DNA of 64,000 bases from Actinomycetota bacterium (GCA_030841035.1 JAVEDI010000104.1:9445-73444); one strand, 5' to 3'; numbered from the stretch's first letter, positions 33,847 through 44,021 are shown. Notes: generated from the sequence alone by a model not told the origin. Translations and numbers: made by a program.

Positions 33847-35511
33847 ATGACCCGCGTGGAGGCGCAGATGCGTAGCACGATGCAGGACGTCCCCCTGTCG
33901 ATCGCCAGCATCGTGCGCTACGGCACCACGGTCCACGGGAGCAGCGAGGTCGTGACGAGCACCGGCGACGGCGTACGCCGGGCCACCTTCGCCGACGTCG
34001 GCCGGCGCGCCGCCCAGCTGGCCAACGCCCTGCGCGGGCTCGGTGTGACGGGCGACCAGCGGGTCGGCACCTTCATGTGGAACAACCAGGAGCACCTCGA
34101 GGCCTATCTGGCCGTGCCGGCGATGGGCGCGGTGCTGCACACCCTCAACGTGCGGCTCTTTCCCGACCAGCTCGCCTACATCATCGACCATGCCGAGGAC
34201 GTCGTCGTGCTTGCCGACGGCTCGGCGTTGCCGCTGCTTGCCAAGGTGCTTGCGCAGTGCCCGTCGGTGCGGCACGTGGTGGTCAACGGGGCCGCCGACA
34301 TCTCCGTGCTCGACGGGCTGGACCTCCTCGTGCACGCGTGGGAGGACCTGATCGCCGACCAGCCCGACACCTTCGACTGGGTCGAGGTGGACGAGCACGA
34401 CGCGGCGGCGATGTGCTACACGAGCGGCACGACCGGCAACCCCAAGGGCGTGGCCTACAGCCACCGGTCGATCTACCTGCACTCGATGCAGGTGTGCATG
34501 GGCGACGGGTTCACCCTCAACGCGCGGGACACGGTGCTCGTCGTCGTACCCATGTTCCACGCGATGGCGTGGGGGTTGCCCTACGCCGCGATGATGGTCG
34601 GTACGTCGATGGTGATGCCCGACCGTTTCCTCACGCCCGAGCCGCTGGCGCAGCTGATCGAGTCGCAGCGACCGACCATCGCCGGTGCGGTGCCGACCAT
34701 CTGGACCGCCCTGCTCGCGCACCTCGATGCACAGCCCTCGGACGTCTCGTCGCTGCGCAACGTGGTGGTCGGCGGGTCGGCCTGCCCGCCGGCGCTGATG
34801 AAGGCGTTCGAGGAACGGCACGGCCTGCACATCATCCATGCCTGGGGCATGACCGAGACGTCACCGCTGGGCTCCGTCTGCCAGCTGCCGCGTGGCGTCG
34901 ACGGTGAGGAGGCGTGGCCCTACCGCATCACGCAGGGCCGGCTCACCTGCGCCGTGCAGCACCGGCTGGTCGGGCCGGACGGTTCGTTCGTGCCGCACGA
35001 CGGGACGTCGGTCGGCGAGCTGCAGGTCCGGGGCCCGTGGGTGACGGCGTCGTACTACCACGACGACGACCCCGAGAAGTTCCACGACGGCTGGCTGCGC
35101 ACGGGCGACGTCGGCTCGATCTCTGCGGACGGGTTTCTGACGCTGACCGACCGGTCGAAGGACGTCATCAAGTCCGGTGGCGAGTGGATCTCCTCGGTCG
35201 AGCTCGAGAACGCGCTGATGGCCCACCCCGCGGTCGCGGAGGCATCGGTTGTCGGCGTCCCGGACGAGAGGTGGGGCGAGAGGCCCCTCGCCAGCGTCGT
35301 CGTACGCGAGGGCGAGACGGTCGACGTCGAGCAGCTGCGGGCGTTCCTCGCGGAGCGGGTCGCCTCCTGGCAGCTGCCGGAGCGGTGGGCCTTCATCGAC
35401 GAGGTGCCCAAGACGTCCGTCGGGAAGTTCGACAAGAAGGTGCTGCGCAAGCGGTACGCCGACGGAGCCCTCGCCGTGCAGACCATGGCCGGTCCCGGCG
35501 GCAGCGGCTGA
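33847..35511 (+). CDS. Long-chain-fatty-acid--CoA ligase (AMP-dependent synthetase)
   Basis: AMP-binding motif YTSGTTGNPKGV, then GWLRTGD and PKTSVGKFDKK. The start could instead be one of the in-frame ATGs a few codons downstream. Confidence 0.9.
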   Translation: MTRVEAQMRSTMQDVPLSIASIVRYGTTVHGSSEVVTSTGDGVRRATFADVGRRAAQLANALRGLGVTGDQRVGTFMWNNQEHLEAYLAVPAMGAVLHTLNVRLFPDQLAYIIDHAEDVVVLADGSALPLLAKVLAQCPSVRHVVVNGAADISVLDGLDLLVHAWEDLIADQPDTFDWVEVDEHDAAAMCYTSGTTGNPKGVAYSHRSIYLHSMQVCMGDGFTLNARDTVLVVVPMFHAMAWGLPYAAMMVGTSMVMPDRFLTPEPLAQLIESQRPTIAGAVPTIWTALLAHLDAQPSDVSSLRNVVVGGSACPPALMKAFEERHGLHIIHAWGMTETSPLGSVCQLPRGVDGEEAWPYRITQGRLTCAVQHRLVGPDGSFVPHDGTSVGELQVRGPWVTASYYHDDDPEKFHDGWLRTGDVGSISADGFLTLTDRSKDVIKSGGEWISSVELENALMAHPAVAEASVVGVPDERWGERPLASVVVREGETVDVEQLRAFLAERVASWQLPERWAFIDEVPKTSVGKFDKKVLRKRYADGALAVQTMAGPGGSG

Positions 35512-35614
35512 CGCGGCGGCGCCGGTCCGGTCATGCCCCGGACGCTTTGCCGGGCGTGACGCACGCCGGGTAGCCTGAGCGCTGCGACCGGCCGGCCTGC
35601 CGACCTGGTTGCGG

Positions 35615-35707
35615 GGAGGCGTCGCCTAGTCCGGTCTATGGCGCCGCACTGCTAATGCGGTTTGGGTCTACAGCCCATCGAGGGTTCAAATCCCTCCGCC
35701 TCCGCCA
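35615..35707 (+). tRNA. tRNA-Ser(GCU)
   Basis: Acceptor GGAGGCG/CGCCTCC (7/7), anticodon arm CCGCA-CTGCTAA-TGCGG, long variable arm, T-arm GAGGG-TTCAAAT-CCCTC, encoded CCA. Confidence 0.95.
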
Positions 35708-35726
35708 TCACGCGATCACCGACACA

Positions 35727-35764
35727 GACGAAGGGGCCCACCGCCGCGCGGGGGCCCCTTCGTC
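35727..35764. terminator. Bidirectional terminator hairpin
   Basis: GACGAAGGGGCCC (35727-35739) pairs with GGGCCCCTTCGTC (35752-35764) over 13 bp, between the tRNA-Ser 3' end and the convergent gene. Confidence 0.55.
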
Positions 35765-35781
35765 GGAAACGTGCCGGACAG

Positions 35782-36462
35782 TCAGCTGGACGACGGGTGC
35801 GACCCCACCGGCGTGCCCCCCACGGTGGAGGTGGAGCCGGACGAGTCGCCCGCGACGGTCTCCTTCGCGTCGCGGGCCTGGTCCGCGACGTCGTCGGTGG
35901 CCGACCGGGCCTCGTCCTTCACCGTTGCCACGCCTTGCTGAGCGGTGGACTTCACGGACTCGGCGGCCTGCTGCACCGGGCCCGTCAGGTTGTCCTTCAT
36001 CTCACCGGCTGCCTCGCTGAGCGGTTGCTTGAGCAGGTCCGAATGCTCGGCGGCCTGGTTCTTCAGCGCTGCGGCCCCCTGTTCCTCCTTCTCGGTGGCC
36101 GGTAGCAGAGAGGCCACCAGCCAGCCGGCTCCGAAGGCGATCAGCCCTGCGGCGAGCGGGTTGCCCTGCGTGCGCTGTCGCGCCTGGTCCGGCGCGGAGG
36201 CCGCGGCACCGGCGACGCTCGACGCAGCGGATGACACGCTGTCGCCGGCAGCGCTGAGACCGCCGTTCGCACCGCCGGCAGGCGAGGAGCGTCCCATGAC
36301 CTTCTCCTTCACGCTGCCCACCGCGTCGCGGGCGCGATCCACGCGCCGCTCTACCACCCGCGCCGGGCTCACTTTCTCGGTGAGGGCGTCGACGTCGCGG
36401 CTGAGCTCCTGCCGAGTCAATTCGATGTCCCTGCGGATGTCCTCGGGGTTGTTCGTCGTCAT
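35782..36462 (-). CDS. DUF3618-like protein
   Basis: N-terminus NPEDIRRDIELTRQELSRDVDALTEKVSP is typical of DUF3618. One central hydrophobic helix. Confidence 0.7.
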   Translation of the reverse strand: MTTNNPEDIRRDIELTRQELSRDVDALTEKVSPARVVERRVDRARDAVGSVKEKVMGRSSPAGGANGGLSAAGDSVSSAASSVAGAAASAPDQARQRTQGNPLAAGLIAFGAGWLVASLLPATEKEEQGAAALKNQAAEHSDLLKQPLSEAAGEMKDNLTGPVQQAAESVKSTAQQGVATVKDEARSATDDVADQARDAKETVAGDSSGSTSTVGGTPVGSHPSSS

Positions 36463-36467
36463 GCTGG

Positions 36468-36896
36468 TTACCGACCCTTCAGTGCGTCAGGGACTTCCTT
36501 GAGCGTGTCCACGGTCCGTTCGGGCTTGGGGTTGATCTCGCGCATCTTCGCGCGACCGCTCACGGCGAGCACCCCAGCGACGATCGCCCAGATCGCGGCG
36601 ACCAGGAGTGCCGCCCAGGCCTCGTCCATCACGTTGGCGAGCCCCCACCAGAGGGCGATCGAGAGGAACAGCACGACCATGTAGCCGGCGAACCCGGCGG
36701 CGCCGAGCATGCCGGCGGCCTTGCCGCTCTTGACGGCCTCCTGCTTGATCTCGGCCTTGGCGAGCTCCAGCTCCTGACGCATGAGCGTCGTCAGGTCGCT
36801 GGTCACCTCGCTGATCAGTGCGCCGACCGAGGTCCCCGAGACGTCGGGTCTCGACTCGGCCGTCGAGGTGGGATGCAGCTGGTCGGAGGTATTCAT
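36468..36896 (-). CDS. Actinobacterial holin-X-like small membrane protein
   Basis: ATG 36896. Segment LISEVTSDLTTLMRQELELAKAEIK is followed by two TM helices. 4-nt overlap with the upstream gene. Confidence 0.7.
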   Translation of the reverse strand: MNTSDQLHPTSTAESRPDVSGTSVGALISEVTSDLTTLMRQELELAKAEIKQEAVKSGKAAGMLGAAGFAGYMVVLFLSIALWWGLANVMDEAWAALLVAAIWAIVAGVLAVSGRAKMREINPKPERTVDTLKEVPDALKGR

Positions 36897-37624
36897 CGGA
36901 CCTGCCCCTGCGCGTAGCCGCCGCTGGCGACCGGTGCGTCCTCGACGATCAGGACCTCGGTCTCGGCGGCCGCGGCGGTCCCTATCGGCGTGCTCTCGTC
37001 CGGGTACGTCTCGGCGACGAACCCGTTCGTGACGACGCCGTCGTCCGGGTCGTCGTTGCGGGCGGACTGCACGGCTCCGCGCGTGAGCCGCCCGACGACC
37101 ACGCCCGCAACAGCCGCCCCGACGAGGAAGGCGCCCGGCTTGCGGCGAGCCACGTTGCGGACCTCTTCGACCAGGTGGCCGGGCTCCCGCTGGTCGAGCC
37201 ACCGGGCGACCTCGCCCAGCTTGTCAGCGGCCTGGTTGGCCAGGTCGCTGGCAGGCCCCGACTGCTGGTTGTGCGCTGCCATCGAGCGCAGCTCGTCGCT
37301 CAGGCCACGCAAGGCGCCCGTCGCCTTTTCCTTCTGCGCGGCAGCCTGTTCGTTGACCTGGCTTGCGACCTCGCGGGTGAGGTCTTTGGCCTGCCGACGC
37401 GTCTCGTCGGCTACGCCCTTGGCCTGTTCTGTCGCGGTCGCGGCCACCTGGCGGCCGGAGTCCTTGGCGGTCTGGCCGAGTTGGCCGGCCTGCTCCTTGG
37501 CCACGTCGGACTTAGACGATGACGAGGAGCCATCGGCAGGAGCGGCCGTGCCGGGGTAGTCCCCGCTCACCTCGCCGAGCCCCCGGTCACTGGGCGGCTG
37601 GTAGCCGCCTGGTGCATCGGTCAT
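36893..37624 (-). CDS. Hypothetical protein with LEA/apolipoprotein-like Ala/Gln/Lys repeats and one TM helix
   Basis: ATG 37624. Repetitive amphipathic segment (QAGQLGQTAKDSGRQVAATATEQAKGVADETRRQAKDLTREVASQVNEQAAAQKEKA), then GAFLVGAAVAGVVVG. Confidence 0.6.
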   Translation of the reverse strand: MTDAPGGYQPPSDRGLGEVSGDYPGTAAPADGSSSSSKSDVAKEQAGQLGQTAKDSGRQVAATATEQAKGVADETRRQAKDLTREVASQVNEQAAAQKEKATGALRGLSDELRSMAAHNQQSGPASDLANQAADKLGEVARWLDQREPGHLVEEVRNVARRKPGAFLVGAAVAGVVVGRLTRGAVQSARNDDPDDGVVTNGFVAETYPDESTPIGTAAAAETEVLIVEDAPVASGGYAQGQVR

Positions 37625-37796
37625 GGTCCTTCCCTTTCTTACGCGCCACCCAGGTCGGGCGGCTGTCTTCTTTCGGTAGCCACGGCTACGGCGGTCAAAC
37701 CGGTTCCCTTTCCGGAATCGGGTCCCCTCCCGGTATCGCCGCATCACGTCCTGTGGCGACGGGTTTGAGCTGCGCGTCAGGGGCAAGCCCCCTGAC

Positions 37797-38813
37797 ATGA
37801 GCGAAGACAGCGACGCGTCGATCGAGCACTTGCCCGACCCGGACGACCCGCGCAAGCCGGAGGAGCCCAGCGACCTGAACCGCCGTTCGTGGTGGGGTGT
37901 GCTCAAGCGCACAGTCACCGAGTTCAAGGACGACAACTGCACCGACTGGGCCGCGGCGCTGACCTACTACGGCGTGCTGGCGATGTTCCCGGCGCTGATC
38001 GCGATGACGTCGCTGATCGGGCTTGTCGGTGACCCGAAGAAGACCACCGACGCGCTGTTGAAGATCGTGGACAGCCTCGGTCCCTCCTCGGCGGTCAAGA
38101 CGTTCGCCAACCCGGTGCAGCAGATCGCCCAGAACCACTCCGCCGGCTTCGCCTTGATACTGGGCCTCGCCGCGGCTCTGTGGTCGGCCTCGGGATACGT
38201 CGGGGCCTTCAGCAGGGCCGCCAACGCGATCTACGAGGTCGAGGAGGGCAGGCCCTTCTACAAGCTGCGGCCTGTTCAGTTGTTGGTCACGCTGATCTGC
38301 ATCATCCTGATCGCCCTGGTCGCCCTAGCTCTCGTCGTCACCGGCCCGGTCGCGCAAGCGGTGGGGGACGCGGTCGGGCTCGGTGGCTCCATCGTGACCG
38401 TCTGGGACATCGCGAAGTGGCCGGTGATGGCTGTCGTCATCAGCCTGATCTTCTCCTTGCTCTACTACGCGACGCCGAACGTCAAGCAGCCGAAGTTCAG
38501 GTGGTTCACCATGGGCGGCTTCCTCGCGCTCGTGGTCTGGATCGTCGCCTCGGCGGGCTTTGCCTTCTACGTCGCGAACTTCTCCTCCTACAACAAGACG
38601 TACGGCGCTCTCGGTGCCGTGGTCGTGTTTCTCGTGTGGCTGTGGATCTCGAACGTCGCCGTGCTGTTCGGCGCCGAGTTCAACGCCGAGCTGGAGCGTG
38701 GCCGCGAGCTGCAGGCCGGCATGGGCGAGGCGGAGGAGACGATCCAGCTGCCGCCGCGCGACACGAAGAAGATGAAGGACGAGACTCGGCGAACGGGAGT
38801 GAAGAGCCGCTGA
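37797..38813 (+). CDS. YihY/BrkB-family membrane protein
   Basis: N-terminus WWGVLKRTVTEFKDDNCTDWAAALTYYGVLAMFPALIA and GALGAVVVFLVWLWISN are typical of YihY. Confidence 0.85.
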   Translation: MSEDSDASIEHLPDPDDPRKPEEPSDLNRRSWWGVLKRTVTEFKDDNCTDWAAALTYYGVLAMFPALIAMTSLIGLVGDPKKTTDALLKIVDSLGPSSAVKTFANPVQQIAQNHSAGFALILGLAAALWSASGYVGAFSRAANAIYEVEEGRPFYKLRPVQLLVTLICIILIALVALALVVTGPVAQAVGDAVGLGGSIVTVWDIAKWPVMAVVISLIFSLLYYATPNVKQPKFRWFTMGGFLALVVWIVASAGFAFYVANFSSYNKTYGALGAVVVFLVWLWISNVAVLFGAEFNAELERGRELQAGMGEAEETIQLPPRDTKKMKDETRRTGVKSR

Positions 38814-38837
38814 GCTGTCGCGCCTACTGCCTGCTGC

Positions 38838-40655
38838 TCACTCGTCGCCGAGGCGGGCCCGGAGCCCGTCGAGCTCGGTCCAGAGCATGACCGGCACCTT
38901 GTCGGTGCCGATCTTCTCGAACCACTGCTGGATCTGCGTCAGCTCCTCGCGCCATTCGTCGGGGTCGACCGCGAGCACTCGCTCGATCTGCTCCGCCGTC
39001 ATGTCCAGGCCGCTCACGTCGAGGGACTCCGGTGTCGGGACATGGCCGATCGGGGTCTCCATCGCCGCCACCTTCCCTTCGATCCGCTCGATGGCCCACT
39101 TGAGGACGCGGCCGTTCTCGCCGAACCCCGGCCACAGGAAGCCGCCGTCGTCGTCGCGACGGAACCAGTTGACGTAGAAGATGCGGGGCAGCTTGGACGC
39201 GTCAGCAGCCTTCCCGAGCTGGACCCAGTGGTTGAGATAGTCACCCGCGTTGTAGCCGATGAACGGCAACATCGCCATCGGGTCACGACGGATGACGCCG
39301 ACCTCGCCGGCTGCGGCGGCGGTGGTCTCCGACGAGAGTGTCGCGCCCATGAACACGCCGTGCACCCAGTCGCGCGCCTCGGTGACGAGGGGCACGGTCG
39401 TCTTGCGGCGACCGCCGAACAGGATGGCCGAGATCGGCACGCCCTCGGGGTCGTCGTACTCGGGTGCGATGATCGGGCACTGGGTGATCGGTGTACAGAA
39501 CCGGCTGTTGGGGTGCGCCGAGGGCTCGTCCGACTCCGGCGTCCAGTCGCGGCCCTTCCAGTCGGTCAGGTGGCTCGGCGGCTTGTCGGTCATGCCCTCC
39601 CACCAGATGTCGCCGTCGTCGGTGAGCGCGACGTTGGTGAACACCGAGTTGCCCCGGGCGATGGTGCGCATCGCGTTGGGGTTGGTGTCCCAGCCCGTGC
39701 CCGGCGCGACGCCGAACAGTCCGAACTCCGGATTGAGCGCGTAGAGCCGGCCGTCCTCCCCGAAACGCATCCACGCGATGTCGTCACCCAGCGTCTCGAC
39801 CTTCCAGCCCTCGAGGGTGGGCTCGAGCATCGCGAGGTTCGTCTTTCCGCAGGCGCTCGGGAACGCCGCGGCGACGTAGTAGACCTGCCCCTCCGGAGAG
39901 GTGAGCTTCAGGATGAGCATGTGCTCGGCGAGCCAGCCCTCGTCGCGCGCCATGACCGAGGCGATGCGGAGGGAGAAGCACTTCTTGCCGAGCAGCGAGT
40001 TGCCGCCGTAGCCGGAGCCGTAGCTCCAGATCGTGCGTTCCTCGGGGAACTGGGTGATGTACTTCGTGTCGTTGCAGGGCCACGGGACGTCGGCCTCGCC
40101 TGGCTCCAGCGGCGCCCCGACCGAGTGGAGGCAGGGTACGAAGGGGGCGTCGTCGCCCATCCGCTCCAGCACCTTGGCACCCATGCGCGCCATGATGCGC
40201 ATGGACGCGACGACGTACGGCGAGTCCGTGAGCTCGACGCCGAACATCGGCGACTCGGCCTCGAGCGGTCCCATGCAGAAAGGGATGACGTACATGGTGC
40301 GGCCACGCATCGACCCCCGGTAAAGGTCGGTCATCACCGCCTTCATCTCATCGGGGTCCATCCAGTTGTTGGTGGCCCCGGCGTCGGCCTCGTCGCGCGA
40401 GCAGATGAACGTGCGTTCCTCGACCCGCGCGACATCACTGGGGTCGGTACGCGCCCAGAACGAGTTGGGCTTCTTCGACTCGTCGAGGCGCACGAGCGCG
40501 CCTGTGTCGACGAGTTGCGAGGTCAGCCGGTCCCACTCCTGATCGGAGCCGTCGCACCACACGATGTGGTCCGGCTGGGTCAGCTGCGCGACCTCGTGGA
40601 CCCAGCCGAGGAGACCGGAGTGCCTGGTAGGGGCATCGAGCGCTTCGGCAGTCAT
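38838..40655 (-). CDS. pckG: Phosphoenolpyruvate carboxykinase (GTP)
   Basis: ATG 40655. Kinase-1a loop FPSACGKTN, then [12 protein letters not shown] and FGGRR. About 605 aa. Confidence 0.95.
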   Translation of the reverse strand: MTAEALDAPTRHSGLLGWVHEVAQLTQPDHIVWCDGSDQEWDRLTSQLVDTGALVRLDESKKPNSFWARTDPSDVARVEERTFICSRDEADAGATNNWMDPDEMKAVMTDLYRGSMRGRTMYVIPFCMGPLEAESPMFGVELTDSPYVVASMRIMARMGAKVLERMGDDAPFVPCLHSVGAPLEPGEADVPWPCNDTKYITQFPEERTIWSYGSGYGGNSLLGKKCFSLRIASVMARDEGWLAEHMLILKLTSPEGQVYYVAAAFPSACGKTNLAMLEPTLEGWKVETLGDDIAWMRFGEDGRLYALNPEFGLFGVAPGTGWDTNPNAMRTIARGNSVFTNVALTDDGDIWWEGMTDKPPSHLTDWKGRDWTPESDEPSAHPNSRFCTPITQCPIIAPEYDDPEGVPISAILFGGRRKTTVPLVTEARDWVHGVFMGATLSSETTAAAAGEVGVIRRDPMAMLPFIGYNAGDYLNHWVQLGKAADASKLPRIFYVNWFRRDDDGGFLWPGFGENGRVLKWAIERIEGKVAAMETPIGHVPTPESLDVSGLDMTAEQIERVLAVDPDEWREELTQIQQWFEKIGTDKVPVMLWTELDGLRARLGDE

Positions 40656-40972
40656 CGTGGATGCGGTCCCTTTCCCGTGGTCCCCGTCCGCCCTCGAACC
40701 GGGGGCGGTGCCGGACTGCTCCGATCGGTGGCGGTCGCGGCGCGCCCGCCGGTCGAGGCCTGCCTCACGGTAACGCCTCATGACCGTGATACGGCACGGG
40801 GGTTTCCTGAGACAAGTGGCGACGGTCCTTGCCAACCGAGGCCGGCAGGACGATAGTGCCCGCCCGCCGGTGGGCCCACACCTGGGGGCGATTCGAGGGG
40901 ACGCGTCCGGGGTATCTCGTGCGCTACGGCAGACCGCCGTACGCCCCTGTTTCCGACCTCGGGAGCCCCGCG

Positions 40973-41158
40973 ATGGACCGTCCCCTGCCCGCCCGCCTCG
41001 ACGCGCCCGATCTCGGCGGCGCCCTGACCGGATTCCTGGTCGCGATCGTCCTGCTCCTCGCCATAGGGGTCGCCGCCTTCTTCTACTTCGGCGGCCAGGC
41101 GAAGGTCGACATCAAGAAGCCGAACGTCAGCGTGAGCGCCAGCCCCGAGAGCACCTGA
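40973..41158 (+). CDS. Small membrane protein (61 aa), uncertain
   Basis: ATG 40973. Single TM helix [22 protein letters not shown]. Confidence 0.4.
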   Translation: MDRPLPARLDAPDLGGALTGFLVAIVLLLAIGVAAFFYFGGQAKVDIKKPNVSVSASPEST

Positions 41159-41216
41159 CGAGCCGATTCGGAGCGCCCGAGCCGGTCTTGTACAGTTGCC
41201 ACGGCCCTCGGGCCAT

Positions 41217-41289
41217 GCGCCCGTAGCTCAACGGATAGAGCATCTGACTACGGATCAGAAGGTTGGGGTTTCGAATACCTCCGGGCGCG
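41217..41289 (+). tRNA. tRNA-Arg(ACG)
   Basis: Acceptor GCGCCCG/CGGGCGC (7/7), D-arm TAGCTCAACGGATAGAGC, anticodon arm TCTGA-CTACGGA-TCAGA, T-arm GGGGT-TTCGAAT-ACCTC. Confidence 0.9.
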
Positions 41290-41395
41290 CCCACGTGATC
41301 ATGGTCCTGAGCAGGGCAAGCGCCGTTCAGGCCTAACCTGGGGACGCGACCTCCCCAGCCACATCGCTCGTCCACGATGCCGCATCCGGCGGCAG

Positions 41396-41530
41396 CTACA
41401 CCGGGCGCAGCTGCGAGACCCGCGCACTGAGCGTGCGGATCGAATGCGACCAGCCGATCCGCTCCGCGATCACCGTGGCCGCATCGTCGGGAACGCTGTC
41501 AACCGCTCCCGGATCCGTGGCTCGACCGCA
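41396..41530 (-). pseudogene. Remnant of a transposase N-terminal HTH domain
   Basis: Minus-strand translation ...VPDDAATVIAERIGWSHSIRTLSARVSQLRPV* resembles the HTH segment (..ATVIAERIGW..LRERV.ELRP.Y) of actinobacterial IS transposases. It is truncated by a stop and has no catalytic domain. Confidence 0.3.
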
Positions 41531-41566
41531 CCCACCACCGACCCCGCCGGTGTCCGTTGCTGCCCC

Positions 41567-43096
41567 TCAAGGTGGCTCGGAGGTCTCTGGGTCCTCCGAA
41601 TGTGTCAACCATGCGACATCGTCCATGGGCAATAGCAGAGCTTGGCCGCGAGGAGCCATTGGCCCCTGGCCATGAGTCGGCTGCCTCCCTTCGGGATCAT
41701 GAACGACAGTCGCGGAAGTCAGCTCAAGCAGGATCCGGCCCTCGCTCAGTTCAACCAAACGGTCGAGTCGCCCTCGGACGACCATTTTCGACCTCAAATG
41801 CACTTCGGCCGATCGACCTCTTAGCTCGGCGATCCACGTTCGGAGGTCGATTCTTGCTTCCCGAGCCGGTCTTCTCTTTGGAAGCACGACTGTCTCCTTC
41901 AACTCGTGCGGCGTGGGCGGCGGATCAACGTTCGTGTCGCGCCCTTCCATGGCACCCCCGCTCCGTTTTCGGGCCGTCGCGGCGAACGTACGTAGTGCGC
42001 GACCACCATGCACAAGGGTTGGCGCGGCGGCGGGCACGATCGTCAACGGCGCGTTTTGAGCGACGGCCGCCAAGCCGAACACTGCGAAAACGGCGGCCAC
42101 CAGGCCATCTAGGGCCCCTAGGTTTGCCCCCAGTTGCGAGAGCAAGTCAGAGCCACTCACACCGGTCAGCAGTTGTCGCGAGAGGTTCCGAACGTCTTCC
42201 GGGAGCACATCAGTCTGACCCAGAACGACTCCACCGAGGACCCGATGCTTTTGCCCTCTCAACAGTCGCTCCAGCGCCGGATCAGCCTCGATGTACCGAG
42301 GAATGATGATCAGTGAGACCGACGACTGCTCGTGCGGGTCCCTCGCCATGTGCGCGGCCAGCGAGATGCCGACCGCCACGTCTGGAGCAGAATCCGGTGA
42401 TTGCGGAACGACTATGACAACTCGCTCCGCCAACTTGTCGCACATTGGGAAGTAGCCGGCTGGCAGCTTTGGGTAGAGGATCCCACGTTCTGCCTCAAGA
42501 TTCGGTGAACGGAATACTGACCATTTCCCGTCACAACTCGCGCCGGCGCTCGGGAGGCAGCTTTTGTCCGCATGACGCGTCCGGTCGTTGGTCGCCCCCA
42601 GCCTGGCCAGGTATCGGTGATAGACCCGATTCTGGTTGGCTGCCGGTTGAATGAGCAGTGGCACGTCAAGGTCGGTTGCGCACCGTGCCGCTTTCCATGC
42701 CGCCTCGTTGCTGTCATTTCGAGCCATGGCAACCGGCGGCCCATTTACCGGTGACGTGCTCCAGAACAGCGACGCAAGTTCTGCAGTGTCCACGCGCGTC
42801 GGGCCCCCAACACGGGTGAAAGACGCGGCCACCGGAGCCGGATTCAAGAACCCTGAGAACAGATACACCGACGCGACCAGGGCCGTCAAAGCAATGCCCA
42901 GCTTGAGCCAATGCTCGGCTGATGACCCGAAGAGCCGCGCAAGGGCCACGAGGAGACAAGTGGCAGCACCGATCAGCGCAACCACTGTGAGCTCCAGTGG
43001 GCCACCCTTTATCCATGACAGGGCCCCGGTGATCGCTAGCGCGAACGCGATGCCCGACCAGGGTGCGGCCCTTCGAAGCGATAGCGTTTGGGCCAT
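41567..43096 (-). CDS. Hypothetical membrane protein (possible cell-wall-binding-repeat-2-like ectodomain)
   Basis: 509 aa. N-terminal TM helices and one further TM near residue 330. Segments GGPTRVDTAELASLF...DLDVPLLIQPA recall CW_binding_2 repeats. Visibly lower GC than the surroundings. Confidence 0.6.
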   Translation of the reverse strand: MAQTLSLRRAAPWSGIAFALAITGALSWIKGGPLELTVVALIGAATCLLVALARLFGSSAEHWLKLGIALTALVASVYLFSGFLNPAPVAASFTRVGGPTRVDTAELASLFWSTSPVNGPPVAMARNDSNEAAWKAARCATDLDVPLLIQPAANQNRVYHRYLARLGATNDRTRHADKSCLPSAGASCDGKWSVFRSPNLEAERGILYPKLPAGYFPMCDKLAERVVIVVPQSPDSAPDVAVGISLAAHMARDPHEQSSVSLIIIPRYIEADPALERLLRGQKHRVLGGVVLGQTDVLPEDVRNLSRQLLTGVSGSDLLSQLGANLGALDGLVAAVFAVFGLAAVAQNAPLTIVPAAAPTLVHGGRALRTFAATARKRSGGAMEGRDTNVDPPPTPHELKETVVLPKRRPAREARIDLRTWIAELRGRSAEVHLRSKMVVRGRLDRLVELSEGRILLELTSATVVHDPEGRQPTHGQGPMAPRGQALLLPMDDVAWLTHSEDPETSEPP

Positions 43097-43763
43097 GGAG
43101 GCTCCTCAGTGGCCGCGAATTACGCAGCACAGTGCCGTGCGGCCAGGTTAACCGCCGCAGCGATGAATTTACGGACCTCTCTACGGATTGCAGTCGCTCT
43201 TCGACCCACGATGCGCGCGCTCTGTTGTCTTTGTCGGGGATCGTGGGGAAACGGCCTTTGTCGCTGGGCGAGCACCAGGTTTCTCGCCTCGACAGGACCG
43301 AGCGGGTGCCGCGCAAGCTACTCAGGGTCGCGGTGGTCTTCTGCACGGCGCTTGCACCTGATGGGTGACCAAACCCTTGGCGACGACCGCCGCCGCGGCA
43401 GGGGCGCCGAGTAGCAGCAGAAGGCCGACCACTGGTCCGGTGGCACGCAGTTGCTCGGGTGGGCGGCCCCATCGTCGTCCAGAGTTTGGATGCTCTCCTT
43501 TCCCCTTCTCCGCTTGATCCCGCCAGCGGCGACTTTCATCTCGGTGTGGCAGAAGCCGGCCCCGCGTCGGCCGGTGCGACAGCACCGCGTTCTGCGCAGG
43601 CCCTCTCTCTCGTCCCCGAGCCCGGAGCTTCCGCGATCCGCCGGGACGAGTGCCGCAGCTCACACAAGAACTCGCCCCGGTGTCACGCGGGTGACAGCGC
43701 GGCGTCCTCGGACGGACGACGGTCAACAACAACCGCAGCAACACAACCACGAAGGAGAAGTCC

Positions 43764-44021
43764 ATGAGCACCACCAGCTCGATCCGCCGGCTGACGCTCC
43801 GCTTCGTTGCCGCCACCGCCGCTGCATCCCTGGCCGTACTCGTCGGCGCTTCCACGGCGACCGCCGCGCCCATCCCGATCACGACCGTCAGCCACCACCA
43901 CGCCCACGGTTGCTCGACAGACCTGCACGAGCTCGTCGCGAACTTCCGGGCGCACCGGTTCACCGCGCAGGCGGCCAACGTCGCGGCGCAGCTGACGCGC
44001 CAGGCCTGCCTGTACGGCTGA
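43764..44021 (+). CDS. Small secreted protein (85 aa)
   Basis: ATG follows GAAGGAGAAG. Signal peptide ending ASTATAAP, mature part with HHHAHGC and a C-terminal Cys. Confidence 0.55.
   Translation: MSTTSSIRRLTLRFVAATAAASLAVLVGASTATAAPIPITTVSHHHAHGCSTDLHELVANFRAHRFTAQAANVAAQLTRQACLYG

Noticed and set aside
40656-40835. 60-codon N-terminal extension of pckG
   Set aside because: Conserved PEPCK sequence begins at MTAEALDAP (ATG 40655). The extension is Arg-rich with no similarity to PEPCK N-termini as I know them.
41396-41410. CCGGGCGC at 41402 as a direct repeat of the tRNA-Arg 3' end (island att)
   Set aside because: It is only an 8-nt match in GC-rich DNA, well within chance. I found no longer repeat of the tRNA 3' end up to 50 kb.
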